Below are positions 53,419-64,000 of a stretch of 64,000 bases of DNA, in pieces; position 1 is the first letter of the stretch, and the number at the start of each line of letters is the position of its first letter. The translations under genes were made by a program, and so were the position numbers. Below the pieces are notes generated by a model. That model was given only the letters and a program-made list of their open reading frames with translations. It did not search any database and was not told the origin of the DNA. Source of the DNA: Octopus vulgaris (Eukaryota); contig OX597816.1 in assembly GCA_951406725.2 (NCBI GenBank), positions 1,798,001-1,862,000 of the forward strand, read 5' to 3'.

Positions 53419-56400
53419 GGGATTTTTTTTTGCCTTTCAGCTTTTGATCCTTTAATATTTAAACAGGCCCATATCAGGCTCAAAAATTCTACTTGTTTCA
53501 AGTTCACACTGGCCAGATCCAGCCTCTCACACCTCCCTTGCAATGTCATTTTAAATAAATAATCATAACACTGAAGTCTCAAAGTTATGAGATAATCCAG
53601 GATTAATTTTTTAAAATGTGAATAAATAAGGATTACGTTTGACAGGATAATCTCAATGCTAAATGCAGGCACAGCAGTGCAGTTAGAATTGCTTCCCACA
53701 CTTTCACTGTGTGGCACCTTAACGAAGCATCTTCTATTATAGCCCCATCCCCCACCCCCCACCCTGCCAGCTGACCAAAGACTTGCGGCGGAATTTGATA
53801 GACAGAAACTGAAAGAAACCTTGTCTCTGTGTCCCCTACCCTTGTCTTGATGATTGCCAATGAGAATCCCCACCATGCAAATGAGGTTCACTTCCAGTCT
53901 TCCATGAAAAACATGTTCAGCCATGTGGAACTGTTACCTTACTTGGAAACAGGTGAGGGTTAGCAACAGGAAGGGCACCTGGTTGTAGAGAATCTGCTTC
54001 AATGAATTCCATTTAATCTCTGCTAGCATGGGACGGGGGATGGGGGGGATGAATGATGAATGATAATTATAAACTTGCCAGAGAAAATATGGACCAATTC
54101 TTTCTCTACTGCAAGAGGAGAGGGAAAAATATTTAGAAAAGAATTAAACAAACTCAAAAATTGAAAAATTAAATGTTTCTTTATTTCCAAATAATTGCCT
54201 GCCAAAGAAAACTTTCACTTTCTCTGTGTATGGTGATAAAGTAAGTATATAATTATATTATGAACACTGACTATTAGAGAAATATAACAATGAAGCCCTT
54301 TAATTTATTATATTTTAATTAATTCAATCTAATGAGGAAATAACGACAATAATAGTTTCATAGTAAATATGTCACTTTTCATTAACAATGAAAGAGAAAT
54401 CCAAAATCCAAAACTTTACACACGCACACATTTCTTTATCAATACAATAATCTTTTTGACTATCATCATCATCATCACCACGGGTGTTATGTCCCTCCCC
54501 ACCATCACCCGTGATGGGTGAAAATCCGCAAAGTAGAAACAGTACTGTACATCATCATCATCGTTTAACATCCGCTTTCCATGCTAGCATGGGTTGGACG
54601 ATTTTGACTGAGGGCTGGCGAACCAGATGGCTGCACCAGGCTCCAGTCTTGATCTGGCAGAGTTTCTACAGCTGGATGCCCTTCCTAACGCCAACCACTC
54701 CGAGAGTGTAGTGGGTGCTTTTTACATGCCACCAGCACGGGGGCCAGTCAGGCAGTACTGGCAATGACCTCACTCAAATCTTTTTACACATGGCACCGGC
54801 ACATTATTTTTATAATTTGCAGATGATTATTTTATTATTTTTACATCTAATATTTAAGCTTTTTCTAAACTCTCCCCACACTCTTCATAATTTCATTTTC
54901 CCCACACTATGTGCGATTCTTTGTTTACTCGTCTACGGTACACTATACGTGTTTTCTTTTAATATATTTTAATTAATGTGTTATACAGTGCAGTGCTGTA
55001 CTGTATTTTTATTTATTAATTTATTAATTTTCAGGCATGAAAATGCATATTTTACCACATAAATAATTAAAATCTCAAAAAATATAAACACCTATTGGTT
55101 GCAGAAACCCAAAATATACTGAGGAATTCCCAATATAAATTTACATATATTATCAAAAAAAAATCTGCGATAGGTGAACCACAATATGGAAAGTATTTAC
55201 TATATTTAGCAGAAGCAACAAAGTGACATGTATATATATGAAAAAATAAAGAAAAATTATTTTTAAAAATAAAATCCTAAAAAAAAAAAAAAAAAAAAAA
55301 AAACACCAGTATTTGCAATTAGAAAGGGACAAATTATGAACAAAGGATGGTCAATAAAAACCTTTTTTTTCTTCTGTCGATATTCACTAAGAATGGATTT
55401 AATTCTTCCTACACAATCTACACCCATGTAGCCTTATTTGGAACACAGGTTTAGGGAGGGCTCGGGCTAAGATTACGTGCCCTTCCCCTCCATTGGTCTG
55501 TTGAAGTTTAGACAGGGTCACGTGATAACTAGTTGGTGCTGGCTGCTAGAGCCTATCAGTGAGTATTTAAAGGGGAATTCGGCAGGACTGACACTCATTG
55601 ATGCTGCATCGAAGGGACCAGGCAACAGGAGGAGAAAGAAGAAAGGCACTCAACACCAGAACTGAATACATCTCCAAGGGGGGGGGGGGGGCACGTCGAA
55701 AATGGTAGAGGAGTAGGGGCCGAAACTGGACACGGTTCCTCCTGATGATGTCTTTAGCCACTGGATCCTATAAAGAAGCTGTTGAGATAACAAACCACAA
55801 AACGCAGTTGGAATTGCTCAGATAACACAGTCCACCCCAATGTGAACCAATGCTATGCTTATTGATTTGTGGTAACAAGGGTTGGCAAACAGTCGAAAGA
55901 TTCTGCTGGGACCCCAATAACGTGGCCCACTCACTACCCACAATGCACTCATTTACTGCTGACTGTGCTGCAAGGCTGTGTACTTTGTATATGGCTTTTC
56001 AAACTTGAAATTCATCACCATGGGGCCAGAGGACAGAAAAAAATATGAAGGCACCTGATCCTAGCAAATGATGGAGATGAGTGAATTTTCTACAGGAAAA
56101 AGCAGAGATGATTGAGAAAATATGGAATGGTGGAAGCTTTGCTGCTCTGAGTCTACCATTCCTTGTTATTTACTAAGAATACAAAAGAGGATTCCTTTAT
56201 TAATGTGTTTACTGGAAGCAACCCCCACCCCATGTCAGCACCAATGATAGACCTGTGTCCTTATTATGTCTAGTTGTTGTTTTACCACATTGCCTTTTTG
56301 AAAGATTACTAAAGATGTCCAGATCATAGACGGACGTTTTTTTGTCTTTGAGTTTCATCATCATCATCATCATCATCGTTTTAACATTTGCTTTTCTATG

Positions 56401-56764
56401 CTTGCAAGGGTCGGAAGGAGCTTATTGAGGCAGATTTGCTGTGGCTGGATGCTCTTCCCCTCACCAATCCTAACTTGTTTTCAAGCAAGCTAATGTTTTC
56501 CTATGGCCAGACATGTTTCTCACAGAATATTGGAAATGAACGACACTGCTTCTATGACAGTGACACTCATTTACGACTATCACACAATGGCAAAACAAGG
56601 AAACACACACACACACGATGAGCTTTCTTCAGTTTCCATCTCCCAAATCCACTCACAAGATTTTGATTGGCCCAAGGCTATAGCAGAAGACATTTGCCTA
56701 AGGTGTCAAACAGTTGGAGTGAACCGGAAGCCTTGTGGTTGGGAAGTAAATTTCCTTACTGCCC

Positions 56765-56970
56765 ACAAGGGGCTAAACACAGAGAGGACAAACAAACGGA
56801 TTAAGTCGATTATATCAACCCCAGTGTGTAACTGGTACTTATTTAATCAACTCCGAAAAGATGAAAGGCAAAGTCGACCTCGGCGGAATTTGAACTCAGA
56901 ACATAGCAGCAGACGAAATACTGCTAAGCATTTCGCCCGGCTTGCTAACATTTCTGCCAGCTTGCCGCCT
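56765..56970 (-). mobile_element. SINE family B copy (well preserved)
   Basis: On -: ggcggcaagctggcagaaatgttagc...gagttcaaattccgccgaggtcgactttgcctttcatc. Confidence 0.8.
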
Positions 56971-59900
56971 TCCTTACCACGCCACCACATCAATACCTGT
57001 AATCTCTGAATTTCTCGTCTTTAATTAAACGTAACAGCTTTACTCTGTGGACAACAACTTTCAATCCTATTCCCCAATGTAATTATGCTACAGACAAAAG
57101 GTTGGAGGACAATAATGCATTTGATTTATGTTGAGGAATTAATAAACACAGTGTTGACTTCTGATGAAATTATAGACAAAATATTTAGTGCAATATAAAG
57201 TAGAGACGCAAAATTCACAGCAAACCCTGGGACAGTGCTGCAAGCTCAGCCTGTAGACAGCATAGGCCCCACAGTGATTGGCATGAAGACATTTGTAAAT
57301 ACACTCTAAACTCTGGCTCACAGAAATACTGTCTCTTCTCTAGTTTTTATACAATTATTGGTCATCACCACCTCCACCATCATCATCATCATAATTTAAT
57401 GTTTGGGTTCCATGGTGGAATGTAAACATATGTTTACCTTTTTTTATCTATTGTGTTTGTCACCATATAGGAGTGCCATGCCCATGAACATTTGAGCATG
57501 CATGTGCGGGGACACACACACACACACACACAGAAGTAGTAAACAAATTTGGTGATAAAGTGAAATTGATAATCTTCGTTCCACCTCCCTGCCAACACCA
57601 TTTATAAATAGTATCAATGAAAGAGTAATAAGGTAATGAAAGGAATAAGAGTTTCCTTACTGACCTTGCATCCACACATCTCTCCATCTCTCTCTCACTC
57701 CTTTAACCCTTTTAGCATTTAACCAGCCCAAACATTCTGCTGGTTTTATGTTGGAATTGGTCATAATCAGCCTCTCACTCCTACCCTACAATGTCATTCT
57801 AAAAATAAATAATCACATCATTGAAACCTAAAAGCTATGAGATAATGCAGGATTAATTCTAAAAAAAACTACAAATAAATAAGCATCACATTGGACAGGA
57901 TAATCTGAATGCTAAACGGTTCGTTAGTGTTAATTATTTCTCTCTCTATGCCAATGTCATTGTCTCCATCTTACTCTCACACACAAGCGCAATATATTCC
58001 ATACTCCAAACCCATGTTTTAGGCTTCAACACCAGTTGTCCAATAACCAGAGACAATGGTGACAGAAAAACACTACAAGAATTGTTTTAGCTTTTAAAAA
58101 GAAAACACAAAAATATCTTTGCAAAAATAAACAATGACTGATTGCAATGTTTGACAACCGAAATACAATATTAAAGATTAAAACTTTTCTAATTCCCAAT
58201 AATTTCAACATTAAATTGGGAGAGAATGGTTGTTTTAGCATTAAAAAAGAAAAGAAACATTACTAGCAAGGATGAATTAACTCTTTTGATACCAGACCTC
58301 CTGAGACAACCCTTGTTCTAGGATATAAACTTCATGTTTTAAAGTGTTTGTATTTAAATTAAAACCCATCAGAATTTGATGTAAAAAAAAAAGACTTGTC
58401 TTCAAGTAAAGATTGAAACCCATCTGATTAACCCTTTCATCACCAACTCGCCCACCCCAAACTGCTTCTATTAACCCTTTTGATATGAACTCTTCTGAGA
58501 CCACCTATGATATAATCTCCCTGTTGTGAAGTGACCTAAATTAAAACTTCCCATTAATTAATCAAGTTAATTTATGTTCTAAGCACCAACTTAATGACAA
58601 AGTTATTTCACTAAGTTCTTTATTATTTTCAAATTTGAAACAAAGGCAGTGGATGTCAACAGCTGTATGGTAACATAGGGATTAAAGGGATCCAAGCTAT
58701 TTTCCTCCACCAAAATTTCATCTTGGTTAATGTTCCAAATACCAGCTTCATAAGGGACAAAACTATTTTATTGAAATCTTCATTATTTTCAAAATTAATT
58801 GAAACAATGGCAATAGAAAATATAGCGACAAAAGGGTTAAAGATTACCCCCAAGACATAGGACATGGTGTTACGAAGAGATGGAGAAATTGGACCCTGAA
58901 AATAACACCTCAGCATTATCATGTGAACAATGTTTCTTTCGCTAAAAAAAACCCAACCACATTAAATCCTCATCATCATTTAACGTCTGTTTTCCATGCT
59001 AGCATGGGTTGGCTGGTTCAACCAGGGTCTGGGAAGCCAGGAGGCTGTACCAGGCTCCAGTCTGATCCGGCAGTGTTTCTACAGCTGGATGCTCTTCCTA
59101 ACACCAACCACTCCGTGAGTGTAGTGGGTGCTTTTTACGTGCCACCGGCACAGGTGCCAGGGGAGGCTAGCAGCGGCCACGATCGGTTGGTGCTTTTTAC
59201 ATGCCACCGGCACAGAAGCCAGTCAAGGCGGCGCTGGCATCAGCCACGTTCGGATGGTGCTTTTTACGTGCCACCGGCACAGGTATCACAACTACAATTT
59301 CCATTTGATATTTATTTTGATTAGTAATAAAGGATAAATAATTTCACAGATGAGAGGGGAGAGAAGAGGAAGAGGGGTAGAATAAAGGGTGAGATGGGGG
59401 AGGGGTAAAACAATTGTAAAAAATTTTTAGCATAAAAAATAACCTAAAACAGTCATTTTGGTCAGTTGACATAAAATCAAAGTTTGATTTATAGACATAA
59501 ATATAATATAAAAAATCAGGTGGGATAAATTTTAGAAGTTTGTTACCATAGCAACCCCCACCCCCACTTATTGTTTTTGCTTCAAAATTAGAATAGAAAG
59601 AAAGAAAGAAGAAGAAGAAGAAACTCCTGCAATGACTTAGTCAGAAATCTTCCAAGTTTATTAATAAATGTTGTTTGGGACGAAATGAGTCAGGCTTAGA
59701 CTGGAGAGACAGACAGACAGACACTGTGGATAGGGAAAGAAATAGCTTAATATAAATGAAATAAGGAAGGAGCAGCAGAAAGGAGGGGGGTGGAGGAGGA
59801 GGAGGAGATAGAGCAAAAACAAACAAAAAACAAACAACAACAGCAACAACAACCACCTCCTACAACTGAGTGACAATCAAATTTTCATACTTAAAATGAC

Positions 59901-61864
59901 AGATTCATCACCAATTTTATAGCAGAAATTTTTGTTCATTGTGCCACATATTGAGGAAAACTCCTGTTAGCAGCATTCCAACTGTTTTTGAGGGGTTCTT
60001 TGATTTCTTTCTTTTTTTTTGTCAATTGTTGTTCTTAAAAGAAGGTGGTGCCAAGGTTGGTGGTGGTGGTGGGCAAGCTAAGAACCCCCTAAGCTTTCAA
60101 CACTCATGGGAATTGCTTTTTTTTCTTAAAAAGAACTTGCCAGCAGTTGTTTCTGTCAGTAACAAAATAGTTTTTTTTAAATAAGAAAATATTTGAAAAA
60201 ATACAAGAAAACCAAAATGACTACAAAATGAAAACATTCCGACGGATGTTTGGAATAAAAGGCAAAAAAAGGAAATGCCTGAATCATTTGCAGTTGTTCA
60301 ATAGAAATGGAATGGAAGAGGAACGAGAATAAATAAATATTTAACATTTGGGTGGAGAAGAGATAAAAACAAAAACATTTACAAAAAATAATTTGAGATT
60401 AAAACCAATTGTTTTTCACACTAAATACAAATAAATCACCAGAATATTATCAATTCATTTAATGTCCATCTGGCATGCTGGTATGGGTTGGATGGTTTAA
60501 CAGGAGCTGGTAAGCCTGGGGGGTCTGTGCCAAGCTCCAGTGTCGGCTTTGGCATGGTTTCTACAGCCGGATGCCCTTCCAAATGCCAACCACTTTACAA
60601 AGTGGACTGGGACAACCGTGTATCTCCTCTACAGCGAGGCACCTGTCTCGGTTTCTACCAATTCAAAATTTATTTTTGTTTATAGCTATCATCATCCTGA
60701 TCATCGTCCGCTTTTCCGAGGGAATTTATTGAAGCAAATTCTCTACAGCTGGGCACTCTTCCAGTTGCCAACCTTTGCCAGTTTTCAGGTAAGGTAATAC
60801 TTCATCACCAGGTATATATACATAGAAGAGTGGAAACTAAGAACACTGCTAGCATGATGGTAACGCTTGTTTACAATTATCACGCAATGCCAAGGTAAGG
60901 AGGGAGGGAGAGAGAGAGAGAGAGACTGACTGACTCACTCACACACACAGAGAGAGAGAGAGAGAGGAGGAATTCTTTCAGTTTGCACCCATTCACGAGG
61001 TTTTGGCTGAAGACCTGCCAAAGTACCACACAATGGGACTGAACCCGTAACCCATTGGTTGGGAAGGAAATTTCTTACCATACAGCCATGCCTATGTTGA
61101 GATGACAGTAGAGCTAAGTTCAGTCCATTGTGTGGCACCTTGACCCCTACTCTAGCCCCAGGCTGACCAAAGCCTTGTGAATGGATTTGGTAGACAGAAA
61201 TGAAAAGAAGCCACGTGTGTTCCTTTCTCCATGGCTTGGCATCAGTCACACAAGAAATGTCATTTGTTTCCAATCTTCTATGAAAACAAGTCTGGCTATG
61301 GTGTGAAATATCATCTTGCCTCAAAACAGGTGAGGGGGTTGGTGACAGGAAGGGCATCCAGTCACTGAAAATCTGCTTCCCCAAATTCCCTTCAATCCAT
61401 GCAAGTATGGAGAAGTGGATGTTAAAAATGGCAATGATGACACACCATTGGCAGACAGATTTTTTTAGTTACAGACAATGACAGCTGAGGCTTTCCAATT
61501 ACAGCAAACACATTGATTAACATGGTTTGGACAATTACCGTAAGTTGGGATAAACCATTGACATCAATTCTAAAACACCTTCCCTTTTAGCCATTTCTAA
61601 TTGTTTTAGAAATCACCAAACAGTCCGATGGATTAAAGATTAGAATGTGTGTGTAGTTGCTGCTTTGTCCAGCCAGGTGTGTAAGCGAAACGTTAACCCT
61701 TTTGATATCCACCTGCCTGAGACTGTTCCTGGTTCTAGGACACTAACTTCATGTTTTAAATTGATCTAAATTAAAAGCCTTCAAAGTTTCCTGCTAATTT
61801 ATGTTCCAAAAAAGGAATGAGTTCCCTTTATTAAATTTTTTGTTATTTTCAAAATTGAAAGCAA

Positions 61865-62320
61865 AACAACTGCCCCATCAATAACTTAAAAATCTGCTCA
61901 AGGGTCTATGTCATACATGAAGTGGTCTGCAGTAAATGTGATACTTCTTATGTTGGGAGCATCATCAGAAAACTGTACATCCATTTCAAAGAACATGTGT
62001 AAATAAACATATGAATCCTTAAACACCAGCAGAAGTGCCAGACCCAGGGGTTTACCATATCAGAGCCACAGAATGCAACACAGTCAATCTTTGAATCCTA
62101 ATTAATTAGTTTAAACCTTCATTAAACAACAGACAAGGACGCATGAAACTGACTGGTTACTATAACAACGCCCATCTACACATCTCTCTACTGCCTCCCA
62201 CACATCTGAGTAAAGATAACAGCTTTATACTGTCTCTAGTCTCCACCCTCACTGTGTCCTGATGAAGTGGTTCTAACCCCAAAATATCAAAGAAATACAA
62301 AAGTAAAACATTAACTGTTC
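61865..62320 (+). mobile_element. Penelope-like element remnant: GIY-YIG endonuclease fragment plus decayed hammerhead-like motif
   Basis: NNCPINNLKICSRVYVIHEVVCSKCDTSYVGSIIRKLYIHFKEHV* ... FKPSLNNRQ, then CTGATGAAG-tggttctaacccc-aaaatatc at 62259-62288. Confidence 0.75.
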
Positions 62321-64000
62321 CGTTTTCCATTTTTGCATTTCATTTAGCATTGTTTCAGCTTTTTAACAAGTTTTAATCTTATTCTTGTATTCATTTGAGA
62401 ACAAGGGGTGGGGAAATTCTAGTAACCTTAAAATATTATCAAGTAATTTCTGAGCAAATATGAACCAATGTGGAGATATCAGTGCTGAAACTAACACCAC
62501 ACACAACACACCACATATAATTATTTTTAAATGCCATTTGCTGACATTTTTTTTTCTTTTTTTGTGAAACATATTAAACTTTACCAATAATCATCTTGTC
62601 TACCAATGGCATATGTTCAATTTTGGAATTCTTATTTCCTGTGCCAGATGGCTGCAAGCCAACATGCTTGCCATGTTTATATGTATATATATATGTGTGT
62701 GTGTGTGTATAGTTTATCAACGTCAATTATTCATCAAATGAGCATGGATCTTCTAACCAGCATCTGTGTCACCACAGCCTTCATCCTGAACACACACACA
62801 CACACAATCAAATAACAGACAAATATAGAATCCTCAAAGAATTCTTTAAAAACATTGAAACTAAAAATACATATGAGATTAAAATAATTATAAGCAAATA
62901 AAGCGGGGGAGGGGGGGGGTCGAGTGGGGTCCTGCAGCAGAAAATGCTATGAAAAAAAAAACAGAATTATCAGATCAAACATTGAATGCAAATCAAAATG
63001 GTTATATTGGAGTGTTCCTTGAAGGTTATCAAGTCTATTGTCATCATCATCATCATTAACATCCATCCACCATGCTGGCACCGAGTTGGAAGTTTGACAC
63101 GGTCTGATGGGTTAAAGGACTGCAGCGGGCCGTAAGGCCTGTTTACACATGTCACTTCATCAACATTTTAACGTCCACTTTTTCATGTTTGTATGAATTG
63201 AAAAGAGTTGATTTGAGGCAGATCTTCTTTGGCCAGACAGGCTTTCACAGAAGACAGGAAATGAATGAAACTGCTTGTATGACAGTGACACTCATTTACA
63301 ACTGGAAACACAAACACTCACACATGTATAGATGTGTGTGTGTGTGTGTGTGTGTGTGTATAAAGACCCCCTTCGGACATGAATAACCATGGGATTGCAC
63401 CTAGAAAGATCCCCTCCAAGGCGCAAGTGCAGGGAATGTTATTTATGGAAGACCAGCAGTCAGCCATGCATACCAGCCTCCACTCTCCATGCCACTGGTG
63501 TTACCCAAGGGATGGGCAAAGGCCAATACAGTGTGGCACCAGTGACATTGCGACTTATTTCTACAGGTGAGTGAACTGAAGCAACGTGAAATAAAATGTT
63601 TTGCTCAAGAACACGAAACACACAACCCGGTGCAGGAAGTGAACTCACTATCTCATGATTGTGCACCCAATGCTCCAACCACTGAGCCGTGCACCTTATA
63701 TATGAATGATAATGTGTACCCATGGTTGCAGCATGTAGAAAGCACTTGTGTTGGTGCCACGTAGAAAGCCCCCAGTATGCTCTGTAAAGTGGTTGGTGTT
63801 AGGAAGGACATCCAGCCACAGAAACCTTGCCAAAACAGACATCTGTAGCTCTTCAGTTTGCCAGCTCCTGTCAAACCATCCAACCCATGCCAACATGGAA
63901 GGCAGACATTAGATGATGATGATGATGGTTTCTTTCAGTTTCCATCTTTGAAATCCAACTAAGAAAGTTTTTGTCAGGCTATTTTGATTTTGAAAATTCA

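Noticed and set aside
55715-55755. GAAAC...CTGATGA as a type II hammerhead
   Set aside because: No room for stem I and stem II is mismatched.

Overview
Repeat-rich, AT-rich, intron-containing eukaryotic DNA. The repeat families and microsatellite load suggest an octopus or other cephalopod; this is inference. Two genes were reconstructed by hand from GT-AG exons and are arranged tail-to-tail. On + are the last seven coding exons of a short, apparently three-domain gelsolin/severin-like gene (353-12595; 5' part upstream of the window). On - is a complete 226-aa GID8/TWA1 gene of the CTLH E3 ligase complex (27605-15031, four coding exons). From about 28 kb to 64 kb I found no convincing host coding exon. 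That region holds a 5'-truncated RTE-type LINE embedded in a compound microsatellite, Tc1/mariner/pogo remnants, Penelope-like remnants with hammerhead-like motifs, two tRNA-derived SINE families and many LINE 3'-tail copies. Nearly all ORFs in the supplied track are spurious. The best leads are: (1) a near-identical ~730-bp inverted duplication bracketing the two middle coding exons of GID8; (2) a PHD-type zinc finger inserted inside the reverse transcriptase of an RTE element that sits in (TA)n tracts; (3) an intronic 50-bp array built from a gelsolin splice junction; (4) dispersed hammerhead-like motifs; (5) a young solo LTR with a palindromic promoter-like core. All alignments were done by eye; no searches or folding programs were run.
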